From positions 164,500 to 228,499 of IMG/VR virus record IMGVR_UViG_3300046810_000338: a stretch of DNA of 64,000 bases; one strand, given 5' to 3'. Each line of letters begins with the position of its first letter. The stretch's first letter is position 1. The notes below the pieces were generated by a model, which did no database searches, was not told where the DNA came from, and saw only the letters and a program-made list of their open reading frames with translations. The position numbers were made by a program, and so were the translations under genes. Below, one piece after another: positions 38,827 through 49,384 of this stretch.

Positions 38827-39009
38827 TGGGTACGCTCCTTTAAAGGGGGTATTCGTTCTTTGCAAAGAGTTTGCCTGCCGGTAAACCCTCTTTGGGGCCA
38901 TGGTTCCCCTTGGAAGAGGCAGGCCATGCATCGGCCAATGTTGACTAAGCCATAAGATAGAAGATTAACTACCAACTCTTTTCCCATATAACGAACGCCA
39001 GAGGCTACC

Positions 39010-39888
39010 ATGATTATTGAACCGTATGAAACAACCATTGCCAAACCTTACAAGGTAGCCGCTATCCGCGCAGCCGTGGTTGCTGCTGCTCTGGCCGATC
39101 GTCCCGACGGTTCTATCTTCCTTATTCAGGAAGGGCACAAGGAAGTTCCAACCTTTACTCAACCGGTAGCATACGAAACCCCCGCCAACCGCGATCCAGT
39201 GATCGCGATTGACGGTCGCCAATTCAATGGCACTAATGGGTTTGTAGTTGAGCAACTTAATCTGTTGAAGTTGCGTGCAGCTTTGACACTGCATGGGGTC
39301 CGTGAAAAGTCTCTGGCATCATTCTTCCATCCGGTCGCACAGGTTGCTTATGCAAACATTCTGGCCGGGGTAGTTGCCAAGAAATTCAGCATTGACCCCA
39401 AGCTTAAACTCCAAATCACGACAGTAGCAGCAGCTCACTACTACAACATTACTCACGATCTGGGTGAGGGTGGCTACAGTGATTCTGAACTGCCATTACT
39501 GATGCACACCCTGACCAAGAACCTGAAGATGCCGATGGACATCGTGTCGGGGGTGATGGACAAGATGGAATCTGGCAGCACCATCAAAGCCTTCTGCGAC
39601 AACGTGCGTGCTGTTGACGGCACTGACCGCACAGCAGCGTTCATGCCTGGCATGCTGGCGAACATGGTCAGTGACCTGTGGTTCGGCGTTAACGCCAACG
39701 AGATCGTACAGGTGTCCTTGGAGCATGCTCCTACCTTCTGCGCCCTGCTGTTTACTGCGCTGGGCGAAGGCACCTTCTCTCGCGGTGAGTTCAGCAACCG
39801 CCTGAAATACGTGAGCAGTGTGCGTCAGAAGGCTGAAACCTTCCGTACCACTATTCGCCTTATTGAATCGGAGATTGTCAATGCCTAG
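39010..39888 (+). CDS. Virion structural protein (phiKZ gp28-like position)
   Basis: 292 aa; divergent from the sheath gene; synteny. Confidence 0.65.
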   Translation: MIIEPYETTIAKPYKVAAIRAAVVAAALADRPDGSIFLIQEGHKEVPTFTQPVAYETPANRDPVIAIDGRQFNGTNGFVVEQLNLLKLRAALTLHGVREKSLASFFHPVAQVAYANILAGVVAKKFSIDPKLKLQITTVAAAHYYNITHDLGEGGYSDSELPLLMHTLTKNLKMPMDIVSGVMDKMESGSTIKAFCDNVRAVDGTDRTAAFMPGMLANMVSDLWFGVNANEIVQVSLEHAPTFCALLFTALGEGTFSRGEFSNRLKYVSSVRQKAETFRTTIRLIESEIVNA

Positions 39889-42568
39889 TACGTACCTGAT
39901 CGATCACGCCATTGCGAATGTGTGGTGTGCTCCTGGCCAGGACTTTCAGGCGGTTATCAGTCCCTTCCGGCTGACCAATTACTTGGGCGCCAGAAGTAAG
40001 TACGACGTGGAGATGGGGCAGGAGATTCCTTTACCGGATGACACGACCGTATTCCACCTCTTCCAGATTGGTAATCTCCATCCTGGATTCATCGGCATCT
40101 TCCCTAAAGCAGGGACCTGGATTCGTGCAAGCGACCACTGCAATGTCATGGGTATGCTCATCGACATCTATGGCCGCACTGGGGTGCATCTGCCCCGCAT
40201 CGAAACCTGGATTGTTGTACTGCCTAATCGCAACATGTTGGTTGCGATTGCAGATCAGGGCGATAAGTTTGATCTGTCGGCGGAACAGGTCTTTCTGCGC
40301 TTCTACTCCAATGCTTTCTTTGAGAGTGATCGCAGTGACGCAGCCCAAGAAATCCCGTACCAAACCATCCTGGACAACCCGGCTAATGATTGGGCTAACC
40401 TGGGTGGCATACGCGGCGCTGGTCGTGGTGGTGATGTCATTGTTGAGGGTGTGCGTCTTAAGCGTCGTAATGAGCTGATGCTGTTGGATGCCCGCGTTAC
40501 GGTCATGCGTAACTTGGGCTTTGGCGCTGTCAAGTGCTACTACAACGGCATTATGGTTCCAGACTTCTCAGGAGCCTATTACAGCTCGGCGGTGTTTAAG
40601 GAAGGGGATTGGGCAGAGTTCGTCATGGATGCGTCCATGCGTGAGGTGGTGCAGTTTAAGATGGTTGATCTGCCTACCTTCGACTCTACCCTGGACGGCT
40701 CTCGAAAATACTTGCTTCACCGACCAGAAGCGTTCATTGAATCGATTCAGTTCAAGGACGATTTGGATATTTATCTGTCTCGCCCTCTGGACAATGGTCG
40801 CTGGGAAGCGATCAACTACTACCAGCACTCTGAGAACGCCATGCGAATGGTGACCCATCAAGACTGGTCGATTCCTGTGCCGTTTGTGGTGGGCTACAAG
40901 GACGGGGTAACGGGTTTCAGTAACCCAATGGAGTGGACCGTTCAGGTGCACGTACGAGAAGCTGGGTTCCTGCGTCCTCTGATCAATGAGACCAGTCGGA
41001 TTAAAGAGCTGTACAAGCTCCCTCCTGCTGATCGTAGCCTCGCTATGCTGGGTATCAACTCTACCCTGCCGTTCTGGCGAGCACCTGCATTGGAAGCGGC
41101 GGTATATCCTGAGCTGATGCGTCGGTTCTCGGGCAACTTCACGGTAGCAGAAGTGGAACAAGCTTATGGCTACAATGCCATCAGTAAGTTGCTGGCAGAT
41201 AGCCCCATTCCTACCACCCTGGAGTTGGGTAACCCTGTCGCCGTGCTGCCCGTTGGGCTGCAAGCCGACGCGACTGTCTACGAGTACGATGTCGATGGTC
41301 TGTTGTTGGGTTGGAGCCAGACACATGGCACCACCCACTACAGTTGCCGCAACACGAATTGTGCGTTTGTAGAAGGACGCATTGGACTGGGGGGCAGTAA
41401 GCTCTCTACCACGTTCGGTACGGCTCCTCTGACCATGAACCCCGACGTTGACTACTTCTTCATGAAGGTGCCAACTTGGGGCGGGGTAATCAACGGCTCG
41501 TTTACGCCTGCCGTGCTGGGAACTGACTACGTCATTACCAATGGCGTGGCTCACTGGAACCTGGACCCCAAGGCGTGGCTCTGCGTAGTGCGGGACAACT
41601 CACAGTTCCTGTCGTACACGATCCAGCTGGATGCAACGGATGGGTTGATGATCTTCAGTGTTCAGTCTGAGGAAGTCGATCCGAGTGAACCTGCTAACCG
41701 CGTTGAACAAGTGCCCTACGGCAAGATTACGCTGTGGCTGAATCGCCGTACGTTGATCGAGAACATCGACTACGTGGTGCGCTGGCCTCAGGTTGTGATC
41801 TGCAACAAGGAATTCATCAGCACCGATCCTCTGCAACGTGTGGACATTCGTTGTGTGGGTCTGCCGTTTGTGGACGACACAGGCGAGTTTGTACGTGAGT
41901 TGCCGCTGGACACTGGGTTTGTGGAATACGGGCAGTTGAGCCACAACAACCATTACAACGTGCGGGACGATAAGGTCCAGCGTATTGTGGTGCGTGGTCG
42001 AGTGCGCCAACCCTCGGACATTTCCTATCCTGAGAATGGCGTGGGGGCATCTGTAGCGGGCGTCGTTAACGGCGATCCGTACAGCGTAGAAGAAGTGATT
42101 GTGCCTGTGGATCGTTTTACCACCGACACGACGACCAACCTGCGAGCCGCTGCAATGGAACGGGATCGGTTGATCGAGAACTACATGGATCAGTTTGTCC
42201 ATGAGCCTACCGAGCCTAACCCCAACCCTATTCCTGCGCGTTACGACGTGTTCAGTCCGTTCTTGGCCAAGATCATTCGTGATCTGCAACACGGCTACTT
42301 GTCCATCAAGGCTGCTGACATGCCTTTGACTGACAACAAAACCAAGACGATGTTGGCCGATTATGTCTACCTGTTGGAGTATGACCCGTATCGGCTTAGC
42401 CTGCCGCCCGACTACGTGACCATCCACCCCCATGACAGCTACACCGCTATCACCTTGGGTGTGTATGAGTTCTACCTGGTTCAGAAGGCCGTCAAGCTGT
42501 ACTTCGCAGACTCTATCGACACCAGTTTGCTGCTCGGTGTTGAAGAGGGTTGGGTACCTATTTCCTAG
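39881..42568 (+). CDS. Virion structural (baseplate-region) protein (phiKZ gp27-like)
   Basis: GGAG RBS; ATG at 39881 (MPSTYLIDHAIANVWCAPGQD); synteny. Confidence 0.7.
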   Translation: MPSTYLIDHAIANVWCAPGQDFQAVISPFRLTNYLGARSKYDVEMGQEIPLPDDTTVFHLFQIGNLHPGFIGIFPKAGTWIRASDHCNVMGMLIDIYGRTGVHLPRIETWIVVLPNRNMLVAIADQGDKFDLSAEQVFLRFYSNAFFESDRSDAAQEIPYQTILDNPANDWANLGGIRGAGRGGDVIVEGVRLKRRNELMLLDARVTVMRNLGFGAVKCYYNGIMVPDFSGAYYSSAVFKEGDWAEFVMDASMREVVQFKMVDLPTFDSTLDGSRKYLLHRPEAFIESIQFKDDLDIYLSRPLDNGRWEAINYYQHSENAMRMVTHQDWSIPVPFVVGYKDGVTGFSNPMEWTVQVHVREAGFLRPLINETSRIKELYKLPPADRSLAMLGINSTLPFWRAPALEAAVYPELMRRFSGNFTVAEVEQAYGYNAISKLLADSPIPTTLELGNPVAVLPVGLQADATVYEYDVDGLLLGWSQTHGTTHYSCRNTNCAFVEGRIGLGGSKLSTTFGTAPLTMNPDVDYFFMKVPTWGGVINGSFTPAVLGTDYVITNGVAHWNLDPKAWLCVVRDNSQFLSYTIQLDATDGLMIFSVQSEEVDPSEPANRVEQVPYGKITLWLNRRTLIENIDYVVRWPQVVICNKEFISTDPLQRVDIRCVGLPFVDDTGEFVRELPLDTGFVEYGQLSHNNHYNVRDDKVQRIVVRGRVRQPSDISYPENGVGASVAGVVNGDPYSVEEVIVPVDRFTTDTTTNLRAAAMERDRLIENYMDQFVHEPTEPNPNPIPARYDVFSPFLAKIIRDLQHGYLSIKAADMPLTDNKTKTMLADYVYLLEYDPYRLSLPPDYVTIHPHDSYTAITLGVYEFYLVQKAVKLYFADSIDTSLLLGVEEGWVPIS

Positions 42569-42590
42569 CCTCCTTCGGGAGGCTCTTTTT
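42567..42590 (+). terminator. Rho-independent terminator (UUCG loop)
   Basis: AGCCTCC-TTCG-GGAGGCT-CTTTTT. Confidence 0.75.
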
Positions 42591-42604
42591 AAGAGACCAC
42601 GTAC

Positions 42605-44308
42605 ATGGCCGGAATCACAACAGATCCAAACATGATCATCGATCCCGATCGGACAACGTTTCATGTTTGGTCAATGCCACAAATTTTTATCCCTGGGGGT
42701 GCGGGTGGTCGTAACGTACCTAACATCGACAACTGGGTGCTGGAATGGTCGACTAAGTCGTATCTGGTTTACCGGGTCATCGACGTTGACTACACCACCG
42801 GCAAGAGTACGTTGCAGCTGAGCCACGAGGTTCCTAATGCAACGGACCTGAGCGAGACAGACATCATTCTGTCGACCTATCCCGGCAAGCCCATCAAAGC
42901 CTTCCGTGCCTACATCGACCGCAGTGTTAAGCCGTCGACCGTATCGATCGATCGGCATCTGTTCGTATTGGGTTCGCTGAGTCGTTATGCCAAGCTGTAT
43001 AAAGGCACCGACATTGGTGTCAACGGTGAGGTCATCTCGGCGATGTACGATCAGGGCAACACACTGATCGGTGAGAACCTGTTGCTGGAGACGGTGGCTA
43101 CAGTTGCTATCCCTTCTGCGGGTGTGGGCGCGGTTATCAACTCAGGCGTCAAGATCGTCAGTCCAGGCTACCTGGCCAAAGACGTGATCGACAACGAAGT
43201 GCTGACGCTGGTCTTCTACGATGACGTGGGTAACATTGTTGAGACTGCCTCGATCGTTGCGTACAACACCTCGTTCTCCAGCCAGCCTGATACCTCGCGC
43301 AAATACGTGAAGGACATCATGCTCGACTCCTCGTTCCTGAGCGAGGGTGATTCGACCAACATCGTGATCCCGCGTAACGTGACACTGGAGTCGATTCTGG
43401 CGTTTGGTAAGGTCCTCTACTCGGACGGTGATACCAAGCAGGTACCAATCGATGGCGGCAAGATGGCGCTGTTCGGTCTTTACAACGACCGCTACATTGC
43501 TAACAGCGATGGCATGCGGGCCAAGGTTGTGCTGCGGTATTTGCTCGACCCGTCAGAGTACCTGTACGGCGCTTCAGTGGGCGAAGCACCCCACATGTCT
43601 AAACCGTACACGGTTGAGACTACCGCGTTCGAGAAGGCCTTTGCAGCTCGTATCTGGGCCTATCCTACATGGGTAGACGAGCTCTCTGGATATCGTATGA
43701 AGTATTATCTTTCGACGTTGAGTCGCGATACTCTCTATGATGTCACTAGCAAGGTGCGCCTGAGCATCAATTCACCTATCTTCGACCCCCTCCTGTATGG
43801 CGCCAGACAGAGCCTTATTCTGACGCTGGACCTTAACACGGTTGACCCTGTGTTCAAGTCCTGGAAGTTCATTCAGCCAACCACCATCACCCTTTACGGG
43901 GAAGGTAATACGGCCAACACTTCTTACACGGTTAACTACGCCCCTGGCGGCGCGACTGTGTTTGGGTTGGACCTTAAAGCCTTGGGCGACTATCGCTCTG
44001 CGGGTAGCTGGCTGCTGGACGTCTCGCAACAGGCAGGCAGTAAAGAAGATTGGTTGGAGAAGATGTTCTACAACACCTTGCCCATCCATAACCCAGCCAA
44101 CGAGTTGCGAGCCCCAGCTCCTACTCACTTCAACCTGGTGATTGCAGGCTTCCGTCAAGAGTTCCCTGTTACGGGGTTCGGAGGTGCATTGCAGATCCAG
44201 GCGCAGCCTAATCCAGGAGAGCCTGTGTTCTTCGAATGGATTCTGCGTGACGGCAACGGTGACCATGCGATGGGTGTTAGTGCCATTCCTTTCTTCCAGA
44301 TCGACTAA
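42605..44308 (+). CDS. Virion structural protein (phiKZ gp26-like)
   Basis: 567 aa; beta-rich; between the gp27-like gene and terminase. Confidence 0.7.
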   Translation: MAGITTDPNMIIDPDRTTFHVWSMPQIFIPGGAGGRNVPNIDNWVLEWSTKSYLVYRVIDVDYTTGKSTLQLSHEVPNATDLSETDIILSTYPGKPIKAFRAYIDRSVKPSTVSIDRHLFVLGSLSRYAKLYKGTDIGVNGEVISAMYDQGNTLIGENLLLETVATVAIPSAGVGAVINSGVKIVSPGYLAKDVIDNEVLTLVFYDDVGNIVETASIVAYNTSFSSQPDTSRKYVKDIMLDSSFLSEGDSTNIVIPRNVTLESILAFGKVLYSDGDTKQVPIDGGKMALFGLYNDRYIANSDGMRAKVVLRYLLDPSEYLYGASVGEAPHMSKPYTVETTAFEKAFAARIWAYPTWVDELSGYRMKYYLSTLSRDTLYDVTSKVRLSINSPIFDPLLYGARQSLILTLDLNTVDPVFKSWKFIQPTTITLYGEGNTANTSYTVNYAPGGATVFGLDLKALGDYRSAGSWLLDVSQQAGSKEDWLEKMFYNTLPIHNPANELRAPAPTHFNLVIAGFRQEFPVTGFGGALQIQAQPNPGEPVFFEWILRDGNGDHAMGVSAIPFFQID

Positions 44309-44315
44309 GTCGTAA

Positions 44316-44343
44316 GCTCCCTTGGGCAGTAGCCCAAGGGAGC
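44316..44343 (+). terminator. Stem-loop before terminase
   Basis: GCTCCCTTGGGC-AGTA-GCCCAAGGGAGC. Confidence 0.6.
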
Positions 44344-44359
44344 CACTAAGGAGCGGTTT

Positions 44360-46522
44360 ATGATTTTGCACTCGGAGGACATCCTGGATTATCCGGGGGC
44401 CATCTATGATTTCCATACGTCCAACAAAAGCTTTGTTCGGTACGTAGCCCTGCTTAAGGCAATGGGCGTAAAGAATGCCTATTTTGCTTTGGCACTCATG
44501 CAGCCAGAATTGCAAGGGGTCAATCCCCACGATCCCAACTTGGACGAGCTTACCAAGATCAAGATCTGGCAAGAGTGCATGGAAAACCCCTGGTACTTCC
44601 TGAGGGAGGTTATCCGTATTAAAGCGGGTGACATGATCCCGTACGGCGCTAACCGGGGTAACATGGCTTTGATGTGGCTGTTCCTTAACCACATTGACAT
44701 GTTCCTGATCCAGCCTCGTCAGACAGGTAAGTCTGTCGCGGCCGACTGTCTGATGCTGTGGCTGATCTACTTCGGTTGCTACAACATCGAGATCCAGCTT
44801 ATTACAAAAGACGCCAACCTTCGAACGACGAACGTCAATCGGATGAAGGCCATGCGTGACGGTATCCCACAATACTTAATTGCGTTTGACAAGAACGACC
44901 CAGACAACACCGAGGTCATTGGTTACGCTGCTCGCAAGATGCTCTACACGGCCAAAGTGCCACGGGCCTCTGAGATCGATGCTGAGAAAGTGGGTCGGGG
45001 TGCTACAGGCGAGATCCTGCAATTTGACGAAGCCCCGCACATTAACCACATCGGCATTACCTTGCCATCGGCTCTGGGTTCCTCCACCGCTGCCCGTGAG
45101 AACGCCAAACGTAACAACACGCCATACGGCATTCTGTACACCACTACCGCTGGCCGTATTGACAGCCGTGATGGTCGGTACGTGTACGACATGTTGCAAG
45201 GGGCAGCTATCTGGAACGAAGGGTTCCTGGATGCGGGCAGTCAAGAACGTCTGGAGCAAATGGTTCTCGACCATGGCACCTCCGATGCTCCTCTGATGAA
45301 CTGCACGTTCTCTCACAGGCAATTGGGTTACACCGATGCCTGGCTATGGGAAACCATGGCGCGCAACAAAGCGTCGGGGGAACTGGCAGAGCGGGACTAC
45401 CTTAACCGCTGGACAAACGGTACAGGCAGTAACCCAATCTCGGCACAGCTGCTGGAACGGATTGCTAAGTCTGAGCGAGATCCTAACTGGATTGAGCATA
45501 CCAAAGAAGGCTACATGGTTCGCTGGTATATCCCTGAGGCCGAGATGTCTGCTATGTTGGCAGAGCGCAAGTTCATCATGGGGCTCGATACCAGTGATGC
45601 GATCGGTCGAGACGGTATTGACATGGTGATCATTGATACCCGAACACTGTCGGTGGTAGCATCGGGTACCTTTAACCGTACCAGTATCTACCGCTGGATT
45701 AGTTTCCTCGGTGCCTTCATGATTCGTTACCCGAACATCACGCTGATCCCTGAACGTAAGTCCAGTGCTCAGTCGATTGTGGATGGCCTGGTTCAGATTC
45801 TGGACTCGGCAGGTATCGATCCATTCCGTCGTATCTTCAACCACCTTGCGGACAACAAAGAGAAGTACGGAGAAGAGCTGACCTCTACAGCCAACTCCAT
45901 GCTGCGTCGTCGTATGTACGAAACCCACAAGCAATACTTCGGGTTCAATACCACAGGCGATTCTCGTACGCAGCTGTATGTGGACGTGCTTAACAACACG
46001 TTGGAAGATGCAGCCGGTAAGATCCTCGATAAGAAACTCTCGGGTGAACTGCGTGGGTTGGTTGTCAAGAACGGGCGTGTGGATCACCAGACCGGCGGAC
46101 ACGATGACTCGATCATTGCCTACCTCATGGCCAACTGGATGTTGATCCATGGTCGTAACCTGCAACACTACGGCATTACGTCCAAAGACATTCGTACCGA
46201 GGTTGTACGCGGTAAGGATGTGGTGACTGTAGCGGACATGATCAAACAAGATCGTGCTCGTAAGTTGCGCGCTAATCTGGACTCTCTGTTCGAGCGTCTG
46301 AATAACGTGACTACTGATGCAGAAGCCATCCGTCTGGAATACGAGATCCGTCACCTGATGACCCTGTCGTTTGACATTGGGGAATCTGCTGAGAGTATTC
46401 AAGAGCTGATCGATGCGGCTGCGGCTAAACGGCGTGACCGTCTGAGAACCAATCGCTACAACCACAACTCCGGTGTCAACTGGAATACTCAAGGGTGGCA
46501 GCCGCCTCCCATGACCTGCTAA
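44360..46522 (+). CDS. terL: Terminase large subunit
   Basis: NPWYFLRE, Walker A PRQTGKS, Walker B ILQFDEA, TTTAG, and nuclease motifs GLDTS and HDD. Confidence 0.93.
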   Translation: MILHSEDILDYPGAIYDFHTSNKSFVRYVALLKAMGVKNAYFALALMQPELQGVNPHDPNLDELTKIKIWQECMENPWYFLREVIRIKAGDMIPYGANRGNMALMWLFLNHIDMFLIQPRQTGKSVAADCLMLWLIYFGCYNIEIQLITKDANLRTTNVNRMKAMRDGIPQYLIAFDKNDPDNTEVIGYAARKMLYTAKVPRASEIDAEKVGRGATGEILQFDEAPHINHIGITLPSALGSSTAARENAKRNNTPYGILYTTTAGRIDSRDGRYVYDMLQGAAIWNEGFLDAGSQERLEQMVLDHGTSDAPLMNCTFSHRQLGYTDAWLWETMARNKASGELAERDYLNRWTNGTGSNPISAQLLERIAKSERDPNWIEHTKEGYMVRWYIPEAEMSAMLAERKFIMGLDTSDAIGRDGIDMVIIDTRTLSVVASGTFNRTSIYRWISFLGAFMIRYPNITLIPERKSSAQSIVDGLVQILDSAGIDPFRRIFNHLADNKEKYGEELTSTANSMLRRRMYETHKQYFGFNTTGDSRTQLYVDVLNNTLEDAAGKILDKKLSGELRGLVVKNGRVDHQTGGHDDSIIAYLMANWMLIHGRNLQHYGITSKDIRTEVVRGKDVVTVADMIKQDRARKLRANLDSLFERLNNVTTDAEAIRLEYEIRHLMTLSFDIGESAESIQELIDAAAAKRRDRLRTNRYNHNSGVNWNTQGWQPPPMTC

Positions 46523-46525
46523 TGG

Positions 46526-46564
46526 CATAAGCCTCCTGCCCACTCAAAGGGCAGGAGGCTTATG
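46526..46564. terminator. Perfect 16-bp stem-loop between convergent genes, CATA/TATG ends
   Basis: CATAAGCCTCCTGCCC-ACTCAAA-GGGCAGGAGGCTTATG. Confidence 0.75.
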
Positions 46565-46567
46565 GTG

Positions 46568-47908
46568 TCACTTGGAAATGTCTTTGCGCAAGCGAGCAAC
46601 GATCTCACGCATTTTGGTACGGGTTTCTGGAGTGACTTCTGGACTCATGGCGAAGACTTCAAAGATCTCCATCTGTTCCTTCAGTGCATCAACTGTCTCC
46701 TTACCCAACACATTGACCAGTTTGTTGAAAGCGGCAACTTCGATGTCTACCATTTCCAGCAACCAGTCGGCAACCTTGACCTTTTCCTTGGTCATGTCGA
46801 TGTATCGAGTGAGAATGTTGTTGGTGTGTTCGGGAACGCCTTCAGTCGCCTTCAGTCGCTTCTCATCGGCCTCAATCAACTTGGCCAACTTAGTCACGTC
46901 ATCAAAGTCTTTGACCAACTTGGAGTTATCAGGAACCCGAACCTTCAAACGCTCGCCAGTGCGCTCACCGACCCGAATGGCCTGGATGAAGTCTTCCAGG
47001 GCCGACCCAACCATACTCGCTGGTGATTTAGCCCAGTCACGGATGTGCATCATCGTGTGCAATGGGTTTGTCTTGTCGGTAAGGGGGATCTCCTGCTGTA
47101 GTTTGAAGTAGCGAACGAACTCTGCCATTTCTGCAATGGCGGGGTTGTTGGATCTACCCATAAACTCGGCCGAGGCCGCCCAGGCTTTCTTGATGGAGAT
47201 GTCGGACTCGTCGCCTTCTTTCATTTTCAAAGCAGCTTCGACAGCCGGCTTAAGGATCTCTTTATAATCCTTGTCCAGATCAATGGTCAGCTTGCTGTAT
47301 ACCTTGGACGCCAGGGAATATACGCCCACTGTACTGTCGACAGAAACATGTGCCAAACTTTCCCAGGCCAGGTTGTTAAGACCGTAACCCTTTAGCCGCT
47401 CAACCACTTCATCCGTGGTCTTCTTCACCTTCTCAACCGATGCGTGGTAGGCTGCGGTGTTCATGGCCAACGCTTCCTTGGCAGCTTTGCCGGCTTCCTC
47501 CTTGCCACCAGTGACCTTGTTCAGGTTATCAACGGCCTTGGCATTTGGAGTTGCCTGTCCTTTACCAGAAGCACGCATCATCAACCAAATGAGCGTACCC
47601 AAGCCTGCAATGACGCCAGCGGCGATGATGACCTTAAGCGTAGTCGACAACGCTTCCTGCGTCATCTCGTAATTGGTGTTGGTAGGCTGGGTCGTAAAGG
47701 ACTCAAGTGCCATGTCGGCAGGCAGGTAGTCTTTGAACTGATTCGCCAGATCAATCGAAACACCGCCAGTGGATTGAAGAAGCTCAAGGCTCATTTCGAC
47801 CTGTGCTCGGTCATCGGCGATCTGAGAAACGAGATCATCGATCTGTTCGATTTCCATGCCCTCCATTGATTCAAGAGTGAGGGTAGAATACTTTTCTGTC
47901 AGTTTCAT
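46568..47908 (-). CDS. Internal head (ejection) protein with acidic propeptide
   Basis: Acidic N-terminus with TLE/SLE/ALE candidate prohead-protease sites, followed by a hydrophobic segment. Confidence 0.65.
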   Translation of the reverse strand: MKLTEKYSTLTLESMEGMEIEQIDDLVSQIADDRAQVEMSLELLQSTGGVSIDLANQFKDYLPADMALESFTTQPTNTNYEMTQEALSTTLKVIIAAGVIAGLGTLIWLMMRASGKGQATPNAKAVDNLNKVTGGKEEAGKAAKEALAMNTAAYHASVEKVKKTTDEVVERLKGYGLNNLAWESLAHVSVDSTVGVYSLASKVYSKLTIDLDKDYKEILKPAVEAALKMKEGDESDISIKKAWAASAEFMGRSNNPAIAEMAEFVRYFKLQQEIPLTDKTNPLHTMMHIRDWAKSPASMVGSALEDFIQAIRVGERTGERLKVRVPDNSKLVKDFDDVTKLAKLIEADEKRLKATEGVPEHTNNILTRYIDMTKEKVKVADWLLEMVDIEVAAFNKLVNVLGKETVDALKEQMEIFEVFAMSPEVTPETRTKMREIVARLRKDISK

Positions 47909-47917
47909 GACAAGTCC

Positions 47918-49231
47918 TTACTTGTAGTAGTTCATGGTCAAGGCACGAACCACGATGTAGAGTTCAAGCGCAGTGCGCAGCGAGGAGATCTGGGTGTCGC
48001 TCTTAGACAGACGAGACTTGGTCACGATCTGCAAGGCCATGTCACGGGCTTTGATCAACCCCGTGTCACGCATCCGAGAGGCCATGTACAGATCCTTAAG
48101 ACGCGAGATCAATACAGCCAGATCATCTACCCGCTTCAATGCCACACGGTTGACCTGGATGTAGTCTACAGCGTGCAGAACCAGTTCCTCTGCCAACTCA
48201 CCCGTAGGTACCTTCATGCGCCCCCTGTGGGCCTCTGAGGTCCACTTGAGCAGTTCTAGGAAAAGGTTGGGCGATACACTGCCCACCATCTCTGTCACGA
48301 TCGTTACACACTCATCACGGATGAATGTGTTGGGGTCTTGCATGACGCCCAGGATGTAAGGCACATAGCGCTTGTTGGCATTCATGTGACTCTTTACCAT
48401 CAACTCACCGTCAATGGTCAGTGTCGAGGTGGTCGTACGAATACGACCGCCGTTACGACGCACATCCAGGTGCACCTGGAAGATCTTCTTCATGACTTCC
48501 CGCAAACGATCCTGAGGCTCGGTTACGGCATAAGTAACCGACACGTCTGGACTGTAGTGCTCAACGCAGGCGTGGTGGATAGCATTTGGCAGAAAGAAAC
48601 GTTCGGCCCGTTGAGTAAACCACACGTCCCATGAACCCGCTTGCTTGATGTCAAACTTCAGCGAGAGCGAGGCATAGGTTGCTTTGGCTTCTTCTACAGA
48701 AGCAGGCTTGTCGTACCAGTGAGACAACAGACTGGTAAACAGCTTAACCTGCAACATGTAGAACACATCAATCTTGGCCTGGATCTTTTTAGCCTGAGAC
48801 AGCTTAGGACTGTTGTGCAGGCGATAGATCAGGTAAAGAGCGGCGGTGTTATACGGGTCACTCAGACGCGCAAAGTCAGATTCGATCAAAGGCGTCTTGA
48901 CGATCTCGGCACGAGCCTCGTTCTCGTCAATACCAATCACGTCTTCAAAGAAGATACTGCGATCGGTTGAGGTATGGCGAACAATCTCCACACCTAACAG
49001 ATTGCCACCAAAGAACGCAATGTGATCTTCGTTCTTGTTGATGAACCCACGTTTGTATTTGGCGATATGCTCAACCAAATAGTTATCTACCACGAGGTCT
49101 TCGCACAGTACGTCAAAGACCTGCTTAATGGTGCCGCCGTCACTAGACAGGGCTTCCAGGGCCATGGAGGCTATGAACCGCCCGGCATCGGCTTCGAGGC
49201 TATCAAAGTCGAAGTTGTAATAGTGATCCAT
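47918..49231 (-). CDS. Conserved jumbo-phage protein, possibly virion-associated
   Basis: 437 aa; NEDHIAFFGGNLLGV motif recalled from phiKZ-like core genes; N-terminal SLE/ALE. Confidence 0.65.
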   Translation of the reverse strand: MDHYYNFDFDSLEADAGRFIASMALEALSSDGGTIKQVFDVLCEDLVVDNYLVEHIAKYKRGFINKNEDHIAFFGGNLLGVEIVRHTSTDRSIFFEDVIGIDENEARAEIVKTPLIESDFARLSDPYNTAALYLIYRLHNSPKLSQAKKIQAKIDVFYMLQVKLFTSLLSHWYDKPASVEEAKATYASLSLKFDIKQAGSWDVWFTQRAERFFLPNAIHHACVEHYSPDVSVTYAVTEPQDRLREVMKKIFQVHLDVRRNGGRIRTTTSTLTIDGELMVKSHMNANKRYVPYILGVMQDPNTFIRDECVTIVTEMVGSVSPNLFLELLKWTSEAHRGRMKVPTGELAEELVLHAVDYIQVNRVALKRVDDLAVLISRLKDLYMASRMRDTGLIKARDMALQIVTKSRLSKSDTQISSLRTALELYIVVRALTMNYYK

Positions 49232-49280
49232 TATAGAAGTCCCTTGAGGGTAGGCTTGGCTATAGGATACGAGAAAAAGT

Positions 49281-49344
49281 CAGACCTAGATTATCTTAGT
49301 GCAGACCCTATATAAAGAAATTTCAAACCTATATTCTTGCTGTG
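49281..49344 (+). promoter_or_regulatory. Two tandem putative early promoters (ACCT-N11-GTG)
   Basis: CAGACCTAGATTATCTTAGTG and CAAACCTATATTCTTGCTGTG; the second contains TATATT, like the phiKZ early promoter TATATTAC. Confidence 0.55.
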
Positions 49345-49384
49345 AATGAGTTGAATAAACAATCTCGTTCATCTATCTAACCAG

